64,000 bases of DNA from Moniliella sp. 'wahieum' (taxonomy: Eukaryota): contig RSEE01000029.1 in the NCBI GenBank assembly GCA_003971905.1, positions 496,001-560,000 on the forward strand, read 5' to 3'. Shown piece by piece: positions 27,858-39,300 of the stretch (positions are counted from its first letter, which is position 1; each line of letters begins with the position of its first letter). A model generated the notes under the pieces. It saw only the letters and a program-made list of their open reading frames with translations. It did no database searches and had not been told where the DNA came from. Made by a program: the position numbers and the translations under genes.

Positions 27858-30069
27858 ATGTCCTCGTCCAGCATCTCCCTCTCCATCACTTCCACCACCG
27901 CGACAGCGACGGTGAGTGAGGCGCTGAAAGCGTTGATTGCCAGCGCGCTAGCCCGGCTCAACGGCGCCGAGCTACTAGAGTCGGCTCGGGCCCAAGTGGC
28001 ACGGTACATCATCACGACGGCGGAAGCGCACCATGGTCTGTTCTGGCACTTTGTCATGGGCAGTGACTGGGTGTATGCGTCGCATGAACAAGTGCCTGCC
28101 GGTCCGCGCCGAAGGTATCCTGCACTACCATGGGGAAAACATCAAGTTCACTCTGTGGCAAACCAAATGGAACGTGCGTGCCGTCACTTCCCTCGTGAGA
28201 CCGCCACAGATCACCACCTCCACCCTCCCGTCCCACATCCAGTCCCGCCTCCTCCTCCTGATCCAGGAACTGTACAGCGTGCATGGAGCCCAAGCCTCTG
28301 CTGTCGCACCGGTCTTTCTGGCCGATAGCCTTAACGCTACATTTGGGCCCGGATGGGTCGTCGCGGTGGGTACCACGGCCGTGTCGGTCTCGGCAAGCAC
28401 GTATGCTACATTTCGTACGTTTTCTTCTTCGTCTTTGTCTTCCTTGCTTGTGGCGTAGATATCCCCTGGTGGTGCACCTCACCATGCTAATCTGTCCTGA
28501 TTGTCCAAACAGAGATTGGGAAGGACGTGTTCACCATCTGGAACGTCCCGGGCAGTCCGACGGGCCCCGAGAGTGACCAGAGCACTTCGCTCTACCTGAC
28601 AGGAACCACCTTGACCAAACCTTCCGCCTGGCACCCCGTGGTATCGCCCTTGCCTGTCCTACCGCTCAGTCCGGAGCAGCCTCGCGGGTTGGAGCAGCCT
28701 CGTGGCTTGGAGCCGCACCGTCCCGAGCCGAACCAGCAGCCTGCTCCACAGCCTAACTGGCAACCTGCTCTCCCGCCACGTGTGGGGGTAGTTGAGTTGG
28801 GCCCTCTTGAGCCCACTGTGCAGCCCGAGCCTGTGATCGTGACCCCGCACCAAGAACCTTCAGTGGTTGATGTGCCTGTTACGTTCCCGCAGCCCAACCA
28901 GCCGTCGGTGCCCGTGCCCGAGTTTAGTGGTGTGCGTAGCGAGCCCTTGGCGGCCCAGCCTAGTCCCCAGGGACATCCCTATACTGTTGCGCCTTCCCAG
29001 CAGACGATTGTTGATCTTGTGCCTCAGCCCGGGCAGCCCATTCCCGCTCCCATTCCCGCTCCCACTCTGACACCTTCCCAGTCGCGGGAGCCTGCCTCCC
29101 TACCCTCTTCCCCCGCCCCCTCTGGCCCGGAAGCCGGTGCTTCTGACCGCGCCTTCGGGCCAAGCTGTGACGCAAACGCAGCAGGCAGAATGGTCCGAGC
29201 TGCACACGTCGATCAAAAATTCTCTCGTCGTGTCAGAGGCGTCGTTGGACAAACTGCGTTCGTCAATCGTAGTGGAGCGGAGTAGTTTGGCGTCGGCCGA
29301 GCAGACGAGGGTGATCAATGTGGTGATCACTGTTCTGCTCCGTCACATCTCTGATGCCAAGTCCACCTCTTCGTCCGACTTGGAGGACCTCAAGCAAGCC
29401 ATCTCGGCGCAGCTCGATGGGTGGCAAGTGTTGGTTGGACCGTACGGCTGCCACGTGAAAAGTGATGCCAAGAACATCATTGCGTTCTGTACGTCTCTAT
29501 GTCTCTTTGTCTTTTGTATGGCGGGGTGCCATGCCATTTTGTGTCTGATACCTCCTGGGTTTCTTGTCGGGTACTAACGTTCGTGGTTGGTTGTGCGTTC
29601 GTTCTTTGTGTCGTGTAGCGATCGCGGGTACTACATCGCCCTTGTTCGTCCCTCGCGGAGTACCATCAAGGTATCTCTAACGAGTACGACAGCGAGTGGT
29701 CAGCACGTGGAGCAGACGGGGATTGTGGACCAGCTGGTGGATGGGCAGCACGCTGGGCAAATCAAAGTGGTTGCATCGGACTGGCACACTGGCAGTGACC
29801 AACTATCTGCGCGTCTCTACGGGATTATTGGGGGGGCTCTGCTTTCGTTGGAGAACGATGGTCTGTCACTGGAACAGACGGCCGAGTACGTTAGTAAACG
29901 CGCTACGGCGATTGGAACCGGACGTTGGAAGTCCCTCATCTCCGAGACGCCGTTTGGCGAGTCGATCAAGTCACTGTTTACTGCGAGTTATGTCCTCGCT
30001 TCCGCCCGCCTGGGAGCCAAGACGTTCCATGTGGTGCTCTACCAGACCGGTCCGGCGTCTCACCTGTGA
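27858..30069 (+). CDS. Orphan protein with four tandem divergent LC8/dynein-light-chain-like domains and a central Pro/Gln-rich linker
   Basis: Four helix-helix-W-strand units (cores ...GLFWHFVMG, ...GPGWVVAVG, ...DGWQVLVG, ...GRWKSLIS). Introns at 28415-28512 and 29489-29618 (GTACGT...CTAA[TC]...AG). Indels needed near 28100, 29130 and 29628. Confidence 0.65.
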
Positions 30070-31722
30070 ATAAGGTCAAAGTAGGTCAACGTACCGGATC
30101 AGCGGCACAGCACTGCGAGCATAGCACAGGCAGGAGGGCGACCGTGCATGCCGCCACTTCTCTCTTCCAAGTTCATTTCTCTATGATTCATGAGTACCCT
30201 CCCTGGCTGGGGGCTTTTGGCCCTGTACATTTTTGACGGTCCGCGTTTGCTAGATTTTTACGGCCAGCATGCAACCAACCACCGAGTACTCCCTCGTACA
30301 AGTACCATGTTTTCGCTTCTCTTATGCCGGTGTGGGGGGTAGGGAGGATGTAGTTCTCGTTAGGAAGGTGTCGTGGGGCCGTACCTATAGGTCAGCCGTC
30401 AATCACGTAGTCAATATTCAATACTCAGTGTGCAACGCGAAAGAACGAAGCACTCCGAGCGAGTCGGGAGAGCGAGCGACACAGGCGTTGGAAGAGACTG
30501 GCATAAGATCTAAGATCTAAGAGTTGAACGTGGGATGGACAGCGAGGGCGCAGGCCCGAGAAGGCCGAGAGGCTGCTAACAGGAAAGGTGCTACAGCCAT
30601 GTCAGTGGCACGTGCGCTCGTGCTGCGCCCCCAATACTTGCCCAAGCCCGATGCGTCTTGCGAAAGACCCCTCCCCCAAAAATATCCATTGCCCACTACG
30701 GCTCCACCTCGCTCTAATCGATCTAATCGCCGGCAAGCTCCGGTGAAGCTAGTGACCCAGCTTGGAGGTAGTGTCGCGAGACGTTCGCGTACGCGCGCGT
30801 ACACCCTCTGCACGCCGATCGAGCCGACGCATTCGGATCCGCTACTGTTAAGCCGTAAAACTCTTGTAGCCCCCTCAAGCGTTTACCGTGCGGCCCAGGT
30901 ACCTGAGTAACTTGAGGACTGAGTACACTGAGTGTGAGTATGCTGCGCAGCAGTGACTTGTGACTAGGGTGATTAGTGATGCATCACCTGATGGATCCAT
31001 CGTGTGAAGCTATTACCGAGCGCTACCGAATATCAAGGCGCAGTAACGACCTCCGATCTCCTTCCCTCTATTGCTAGAAGGCTGGCGTTCTAACTCCGAC
31101 TGGCTGCGGTTTTTTTTCATCCCCCAGGTTGTCGGTGGTCCGGTCACCATGTTCATCGACATAACCGAAAGGCCGAAAAGAGCGCCAACTGCGATCCGAA
31201 CTCGTTCGCACGTACAGCGTAGAATGCAGGCCTCAGGCCCTCAGGCCCTCGGGCCTCGGCCTCACTAGTCACTCGCACCGAAAATACGTAGCCTGCGCGG
31301 CGCACCTCCGACAGTGAGTACTGAGTTCCCACAACCTTGAACGTTCAAGCTTCAAGCTTCCAGGCAACTGCGAACCAATGGGGGTGTCCGGTGTGCGTGC
31401 TCTCGAGGGGGGCAATGCACCGCAGGGGCCGGAAGGGACCGGGAAGACACGTGCCCCCTGGGTGCCAACAGGTGGAGTTGCGAGTGGAGGTGGAGTACCG
31501 TGTGGACCACAGTGGAGCTGAGCGTGGAGACTCACCACATACTCACCACACTCACCGTATTTCCCACGTACGCTCCCTTGCCTGGCTCTTGAAAATTGTA
31601 CGTAACGCGGTACTGGCGTCTCACCCAGTCAAAATTCAATTCGATTATCGATTCGTACTTAGTCCTTAGTCCTTTTTAACAACGCCGCACGAGCGACAAC
31701 CACGCGGCCATTGATGCCATCA

Positions 31723-31839
31723 CAGATGGCTGCGTCAGGACCGCGCTGTTCAGAGGCTGCGTTAGGACCGCGCTGCTCAGAGGCTGCGTCAGGGCCGCAA
31801 TATTCAGAGGCTGCGTCAAGACCGCGCTGCTCAGAGGCT
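31723..31839. repeat. 27-bp minisatellite, about 4.3 copies (CAGAGGCTGCGTCAGGACCGCGCTGCT), in the lipase promoter
   Basis: Units start at 31723, 31751, 31778, 31805 and 31832. Confidence 0.9.
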
Positions 31840-31971
31840 CCGATCCGACATGCCTTGTGCTTTTCCCTGCCTCGCTAGCTGGGCCGCGGTCTTGCTATTT
31901 GAAGGGCTGCAATCGAACCGCTGCTCCACTTCTCCATCCACCCCCCCATCCCCTCCACCCCTCGCCCTACC

Positions 31972-33327
31972 ATGCGCTTCCTCTCTCTCGCCAGTCTTCT
32001 GAGCGTGGGCCTGGCCACTTGCACCTTGGCTGCGCCCTTGGGCTGGCCCGTGGAGCGGTCCAATGGGTACCCTGAGCCGTCCCAGGACCCATTCTATGCG
32101 GCCCCAAGCAACTTGAGTGCCTACAGCCGTGGGCAAATTATTCGTCGTCGTTCCATCACCTCACCTCTGGTCACTACCGCGAGCAAAGCCGAACAAATCG
32201 TGTACCGCACGACCAACACGCAAAACAAGCCCTCCTGGACCGTCTCGACGCTGTTCACTCCCTCCCAGCCTGCCGAGAACAAGGGGTTGTACGTGTGGCT
32301 TGCGTATGAGGATGCAGCGAACCTAGAGTGCGCCCCAAGCTACAGTTTGGCCGTTGGATCAGCCTTCCCAGCTTACCAAAGTACCGTGGACAACTTGACG
32401 GTGATCTCGTTGGAGTGGGCGCTGGGACGTGGGTTGTACGTCACGGTTCCGGATCATGAGGGTCCTCACTCGGGCTTCCTGTCCGGGTACGAGGAGGGCT
32501 ACGCGACACTTGATGCGGCGCGTGCATCTCTTTCGGCATTGGAGTTGGACCCCAAGACGCCTATTGCCCTGCACGGGTACAGTGGTGGTGGACATGCCAC
32601 GGTCTGGGCCGCGAACTTGGTCCCGTCGTACGGTTGGGATTTGAATGTGCTTGCCGCTGCGCATGGTGGTACGCCGATTGACATTCAGGCCACGGCGGAG
32701 ATGGATGATAACACACCCACTGCCGGATCGATCCCGTCGGCCTTGGCGGGCATCTTGGCTACGTACCCTAAGAAGTACCTCAAGGCATTTGAGAAGCACT
32801 GCAGCAAGAAGTTCCTTGATGCCTTGGCCTTTACTCAAAAGGATGGGGAATGCTCAACGGCCGACGTGGTCACGCTAGCCAACACGAGCTGGATTGGAGA
32901 GTGCCACTTTACGCCTTCGTTCTGGACCTCGCCGACAGTTAAGTACCTGGCGGACCGGGAGACGTTGTTGGCCAACAAAAGTTCCAGCGCGATTGGCGTG
33001 CCTCAGTTCCCTCGGTTCATCTACCACGGTAATGAGGACACTCGGATCCCCATCACGCCCGTCAAGTCCTATGTGCACCAACAGTGCGTTGCTGGTGGTG
33101 GACCTATCCAGTTTGGCATTCTCAATGGCTCCCACACCACGGTGGGGCTGTTGGGCACGCCGCAAGCCTTCAGCTTCCTCCAAGATGCGTTTGCGGGCAA
33201 CACGTCTACCCCCGCGTGTGGTGCGCAGGGCGATATCTTGACCCTTGCATCCCCCAACCTGGCGCAGGTTCTCGGAGCTCCGACGGCCAAGGCGCTGTTG
33301 GAGCTGGCCGAGGCATCTTCCAGCTAA
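31972..33327 (+). CDS. Secreted lipase, LIP family (CalA-like)
   Basis: Signal peptide; PSQDPFY, QIVYRTT, CAPSY, VPDHEG, GYSGG elbow, FIYHG..D, H; intact single-exon ORF of 451 aa. Confidence 0.93.
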   Translation: MRFLSLASLLSVGLATCTLAAPLGWPVERSNGYPEPSQDPFYAAPSNLSAYSRGQIIRRRSITSPLVTTASKAEQIVYRTTNTQNKPSWTVSTLFTPSQPAENKGLYVWLAYEDAANLECAPSYSLAVGSAFPAYQSTVDNLTVISLEWALGRGLYVTVPDHEGPHSGFLSGYEEGYATLDAARASLSALELDPKTPIALHGYSGGGHATVWAANLVPSYGWDLNVLAAAHGGTPIDIQATAEMDDNTPTAGSIPSALAGILATYPKKYLKAFEKHCSKKFLDALAFTQKDGECSTADVVTLANTSWIGECHFTPSFWTSPTVKYLADRETLLANKSSSAIGVPQFPRFIYHGNEDTRIPITPVKSYVHQQCVAGGGPIQFGILNGSHTTVGLLGTPQAFSFLQDAFAGNTSTPACGAQGDILTLASPNLAQVLGAPTAKALLELAEASSS

Positions 33328-34748
33328 GTTCAGGGCCACTCACCCCGTTGACACTGTGGTCTCGCTATATTTTCTTTCTCCTTATGCACACCTCTCTGCC
33401 CGTGCATGTTGCTGTGATATGATGTCTCTGGTATTGTGGGCAAATCCTAAGGAGGCATGAGTTACTCTCCCCATCAGATTCGACCAAAACCCATTCTTTA
33501 CCGCGACTACGCCTGGGACGTGATTGATGTCTCTTTTCGTTTTGTATAGTTCTCCCTTGTGTCTGAACACACTTGTCCTCCATCTCGCACTTGCGATACC
33601 GTAGAAGCCTTTGAGGAGAGATAAGACAACGAGCTACTCTTTTTATTGTCGACATGTATGTGCATGGTGACGAAGGTGGGCAGAAGGAGGAAGAGAAAGA
33701 GGGAAACCGTTATCGAGCCATGGGGTTACTCGTGCTCTGGATGATCAAGGTGACTTCGGGCCCTCTTCAGGCTAGCTTCAGGCCGAGTCTAGGAGCTCCA
33801 GTCTTGTGTCGCTTCTTCTGTTGTCGTTGCTGCGCAGCCAGATGCGGTAGTCACTACGGCGTCTGACTGATTTGGATGTGATGTGCTGTTGTAGGTGTGG
33901 TTTTGGTTGGCTACTGGCCCCCCACACTACAGTCGCCGGCGGGTCTAGCTGTGATTTGGATGTGCTCTTGTCGTTTTGGTTGGATATGCCCCCAACACTC
34001 CACTCGTCGGATGTGGGATATGGGCGCTGGCGTGGACTCGTGCGCTTGGGCACACGCTGGTGGTGGCCCCATCAGGCCCATGGGTGGTTCGAATGCATGC
34101 ATGCATGCATCGACGCTTGGGGCGTCGAGTTCAATGTTCAGTTCAACGTTCAAGCGGAAGCTGAAAGCTGCAAGCGGGAATGGGGCAAACGCGGGTCGGC
34201 GTACGTAAGCCTGCCGCGCAAACCGAGCGATCTGCAGGGGCGCAGGCAGGCAGCGCGGCAGGAGCGCCCGGAGCAGCGCGTGCGCGGGCGGGGCCAACGC
34301 CTGGCACAGCGGTGATGTCATGCATGCAGCCCATGCGGTCGATCGCAGATCATCGACCAACACGCCCAACGCTGACTGCCCACCGCTGAGGGATGGGTGA
34401 TGATCGATGCGTGGTTGCTGGCCTCCGCCCCGCGCTCGCACCACACCACTGTGCCGGCCAGTTGGGGCAGCGTGTGTGACCGGTGACCGGCTGGGCGCCC
34501 CCGCGCAACACCGCCCCCCGGCGCATCACGTGAGCACACACTGGGCGTGTGCCGCCGAGCGCACGGAGGGGCTTGCAGTTGCAGCTCTACGCTGCTGCCC
34601 TGCTGCCTGCTGCCTGCTGCCTGCTGCCTGGTGCCTGCTGGCCTGCCCGCTTCTTGTCCCCGCTTTTTGGAGCGCTCTGCTCCTGCCACCACACCACCAC
34701 CACACCACCACCACCGCCGCCGCCGCTGCCTCCCCTCCTGTGGGCGCC

Positions 34749-36261
34749 ATGGGCTTTCCCGAGCGCTATGCGCTCGACAACACCCCATCGTCCACCGTCT
34801 CCCGCGGGCAATCAACCCCGTCGTCATCTGGGTCACACGCATGCTGCTCACCCTGTGCATCTGCGGTCTCTCGCTCGCCGTCCTGGTTGTCAGCTGCCTC
34901 ACCGTCAAGGTAGGTCCCCCCCCCCGCATGCACGACCTGCGTTCCTCTTGCCCCGTCCCTCCTTGCTGACCCTCCTTGTAGTGGTACAACGACAATGATC
35001 CTATCGTCAAGCCCTCCTGGGGCTCTCTCATCTTCCTCATCATCCTCGGTGTCTGCACCCCCCTCATCTACTTTGGGTACGACGTCGCCCTCCCTCTCGC
35101 GCCCTTTGTCCATCCGGGCGACATCCTGTACTGTCTGCTCGACGTAAAGGTCGAGATTGTGCTCCAGTTCTCCATGTGTGTCTTGTGGGTATCCGGCACC
35201 TTGGCCTACTTTGAAGATCTGGGCGGCAAGGAGGCCTGTACCTTTGACTCGTACTACCACTATGCCAAGCCGAACGACTTCAACCATGTGTGTTCCCTTC
35301 GCGACTTGGTGTGGAAGTTGTCATGGGCCACGTTTGCTATCCAGGTTTTCCTCTTCTTTTTCGAAGTGCTCGCCGCTGCCTACATCTTTTTCTTTCTCGA
35401 TCAGGAGGTCCTCAACGAACCTCACTATACCTGGGGCAGGAGGGCGTACGACTTTCAAAAGGGCCGTCGTGCTTCGAAACAAGCATCACGCGCCACGCGT
35501 GCTAGTCGTACCCCTCCCCAATATGCCTACAAGGATCACCCTCCTGCTTCCTATCGCCGTGCCGCCCCATACCGCGATTCTTCGCGAGACTACGACCGGC
35601 GGGACTACGACCGGCGGGATTACGACCAGCGGGACTACGATGAGCGAGATTACGATGAGCGAGACTACGATGAGCGAGACTACGATCCTCAGGACTACGA
35701 TTCCGAGGAGTATGAGCTCGGGACTACGATCCGCAGGACGTTGAGGATGCTCATGAGCATGCTGGCTCGGTCGTGTCCCGCTCGACGACCCGGCACTCGC
35801 GTACGTCGGCCCGGCGTGGCGGCGGGTACAATGTAGGTACTCCAGCGGAGCCTACGCCATTTGAGGAGGAGATGCACGAAGCTGGACCCTATGTCGGTGA
35901 GGACGAGTGGGTTGGACGGTCGAGTTTTGCGAGCAACCGTGAACGTGGGTACGAGGACGACGCGGGTCTCCACTCGCCCGACCCCTTCGTTCCGGCTCGA
36001 GCGCGATCGCAAGCTCGTCGCGGGTCTGCCTATTCCGACCGTGGAGGCTCGCAAGCTGCCACATCGCGACGCGGGTCGTACTCGGACCTGACTTTACGCT
36101 CAGCGCCTCGTCGACAAGCTAGCGGCGCGTCTCACCGCCGGGGAGCGTCGTATGCATCGGAGCCACCTGCTGTGGACGAAGAGAGCGAGGTGGAAGATGA
36201 TTTACCTGCGCTCGGTACGCGCGGTCGACGGGCGTACCTTTCTGATTCAGATGAGGAGTGA
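34749..36261 (+). CDS. 4-TM MARVEL-like membrane protein with an RDYDx-repeat, Arg/Ser-rich tail
   Basis: Four hydrophobic segments, a Cys pair in the loop, intron ~34909-34981, and a charged tail with one indel near 35720. Confidence 0.6.
35585..35718 (+). repeat. 15-bp coding repeat (CGNGACTACGAYNNN) encoding about 8-9 copies of RDYDx
   Basis: RDYDRRDYDRRDYDQRDYDERDYDERDYDERDYDPQDYDSEEYE. Confidence 0.9.
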
Positions 36262-36897
36262 ACATGGGCCCGTTGCGTTTGCCCTCTCTCTCCTTTGTTA
36301 CCCTCTTTTTGCTCGAACCTATTCTTCTGCATTTCGCTTGTTCGTTATCGTACTTTGCATGACACGCATTTGTGTACAGCTCTTCTCGAGATAAGAAGGA
36401 GAAGGTAAATGCTAAGACGACAGACATAAGGAATCGGTCTGGTAAGAACAAGGCTAGAGGCGGTGGCACGTTAAGCGCGGAAAAGGGCTCAACAAGTAGA
36501 TGGGTTCAAGTACAGGCCTAAGCGCTCCCAGCGAGGGGGTGGCATGCATCCAACTGGTGCACCATCCCATTGTCCCTGGATGCTGAACAGTACAGAGCCT
36601 TGGGGGACAAGTGGCCTCGCTGAAATACAGTCTTTCAGGGTAAAGCCGACAATCGCGCGGCGGCCAACGATTGTTCGTTGTTGGCACCTATTAGTTTTGT
36701 CTATATGGTTTGCTTGCAACTGATGTGTGGTACTGCCCGTCCCGCCCTTGTGGGATCCATACCGTTGTCCTGGTCTCCTGAGGCGTAGAGCTGGCTGCGT
36801 ACTGTTGAGTACTCGCTGAGTTTAGCCAGGACCAGATATGGTTGAGTTGAGTATTAGAGTACGGCTGATAATGCGTTTCCGGGTACCTGTCTCCCAA

Positions 36898-36992
36898 GGC
36901 AATGTGCCCGAGCGGTTAAGGGGATTGATTCGAATGCCTTTCGAAGTATCAATTAGGCTTTGCCTGCACAGGTTCGAGTCCTGTCATTGTCG
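36898..36992 (+). tRNA. tRNA-Ser(CGA) with a 13-nt intron
   Basis: Acceptor stem GGCAATG/CATTGTC with discriminator G; D arm; anticodon stem ATTGA/TCAAT with TT-CGA-A; intron TGCCTTTCGAAGT; long variable arm AGGC-TTT-GCCT; T loop GGTTCGAGTCC; T5 terminator downstream. Confidence 0.93.
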
Positions 36993-37458
36993 ATCATTTT
37001 TGACCAATATTTTTCACGTTTCCGCTTCTCGTGTGCGTTTCTTTCACTTCTAAGCCCACATGCGACCATGGCGGGCCGCGGATGGTGACCGCAGCGTGGA
37101 TAAGGTGTCCGCGCGCTCTCTCTCTCTTGCTAGTCTGACGGGAGTGACGCGTGTTTGGATAAGATGTGTACGACACGCGGGCTCAGAGATAACCGGAGCG
37201 CCCTGGAACAGTTCTCTCACCTCAATCCGTAGTATCCATCCTGCGCCATTGGCCTCCTATTCATGATTTGGGGAGCGCGAGCTGCGGCAAACGCCGGGAT
37301 ATCTTGCTAAGTGTGGTCCAAGTGTGTTCTCTATATCCCCCGGCTTAAATTTTGGAAGTGTCAAACACATAGAATTCAGTCAGGGGATATGCTGATCAGG
37401 TGAAAGACGGGGTATGAACTGTGGTATGGTATCGGTGCCAAAGAGATGGCACATGCAT

Positions 37459-39300
37459 CTAGTCCAAGACCTTGAGTACGTCAAACCGCTCAGCGTCAAT
37501 CGCTTTGCGTACAATAGCCATCGGGTCCATCTTGGGCTTCTGGGGCTCGTCCACCTTCATTCCCTCTTCGTTCTCCTGCCCAGCATCCACCTTGGCATAA
37601 TCATCGTCTTCGGACGCAGTCTCGACCATTACCCAATCCTGGGGCGATTTACCCTCGAGAAACAGTTTGAGCATGTTGGCACTGAAGCCCGAAACAAGGG
37701 CTGTGCCATCGTCGTTGATCGTCACGGGTGCCTGCTTGTCTAGAACCGCATCGTTTCGCAAATTCCAAAAGACGAGTTGAGGTCGCTCATACCCAGCCTG
37801 GTTGTACATCTCCTCGATCTTTTCAAAATGAGTCAGAACATTGCCGTCCTCGGCTTCGTCAAACTGCATGTCGCTAAAGACAAACAGAGTCTTGGGCATG
37901 TCAGCAGCAGGCACCTTCTTTGCCGTGGCCCGGCCAAGAATGGTAGTGAACACGGCGAGAAATCAGTGTTCATGCCCCAGTCCATGTCTTGGATGGAGGC
38001 TAGCCGTTCCGTCAGATTCTTGCCCTCAATGTGGAAAAACTCGGGGTGTTCACTGAAGGTGATAGCGTGGTCATGCCATGGCTCGATGGTGACCTCAGCA
38101 AGAAGAAGCCCGAGCGCACAAGCGACATGCATAGGCTCCCCGGACATGCTCCCCGAAACATCCACCACAGCCAGTGCCGAAGGGAGTGTGCCCGCTGACT
38201 TGATGTGCTGAACAAAGGCGTCCCATTGCAGGTTGCACACCATACTCCTTAGCGGGTTTTTGCCAACAGAGCCGCGGACACGCTCAGCCTCGTCGACAAT
38301 GGTGTGGGGCTTGAGCACGGCCGCATTCACCTTGGCTTTCCCGCCAGCAACATCCATTAGATAGGTCTCAACCGCTTGGGGTCGTGCGTCATAAACGAAT
38401 CGGAATTACGCTGCATCGAGAGTGAGGGAACGGCATTGTAGTTGATCGCCCCCCATTTTTGGGCTGACATGCTGACCTCGACGACATGCAGGCGAGCGCG
38501 GAGCGGGCTGAGATACGTTCGGCGGAGATGATTGCGTGCCTTGATTAAACAAGACGGCAGGACATCCCCCTTGTCGTCTCTCTCCACCACTTGGTTGTAG
38601 AGCTTAAGTGCCACCGCATCGTACAGCCCCGTTTGCTTGTCCAAGCTCTTGTCCTGCGAAGGCATCCACTTGGCCGCTAAGCTGACTTGGCCCGACTGAG
38701 CGACCATACAGGCCAAGTCCTCGGCCAACTGGGTAGCAAACAAGTTCACTACCGCCTCCATCACGGGGGTTGGGATAGGCTTGAGGCGCATCTGAGCATA
38801 CATATCCTTATACTTGACGGTCAATTGGGAATCATAAGGGCGCACACGTCGGTGTTGATCCCGATGGCGCCTGCGCCCAAACGCGGCCTTGTTCGCCGAG
38901 GCGAGACCGTCCATTTCGACCTGGTCCTCGTCAGTCTGTCGAAACAAGGAAAGGAACGTGGCCAGGTCCCGCCAGCATCCAAACTCGGGCACCCACTTGA
39001 GTGCCGTCAGAACCGTACTGGGATGCGCTGGCCACAATGCCAGCAAAGCGTAGAGCGCCACCCGGTTGATCGCCTTGCCCTCGCGTACGTCCAATGCGTA
39101 GAAAATGAGCTTGAACGTGTCCAGGGGGACACATCCCAAGAGGCCAAAGTGAGCTTCCGGGCGAATGGACGTCGAGTGGTATCCTTCAGACCGTAGAACA
39201 AGTCCACACGGGCATCCCGGGACGAAGCCTGAGTCAGGCCGCCGTTTTCGGTGTACGTGACAGACAAGGCCTCAATGAGAGCGTTGGGTGCGGTGGTCAT
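37459..39300 (-). CDS. DUF2828-family protein (TROVE-like helical region plus vWA domain), apparently intronless
   Basis: TYTENGG..DLFY, KLIFYALDVREGK, EFGCWRDL, SLAAKWMPS, INYNAVPSLSM, MIDAS DVSGSM, DWGMNTDF, LFVFSDMQFD, LVFWNLR, LVSGFS; about 3 indels. Confidence 0.88.

Noticed and set aside
35585..35718. Regular repeats here and at 344-463 and 31723-31839 as possible CRISPR arrays
   Set aside because: Head-to-tail units with no unique spacers, eukaryotic context, no cas genes
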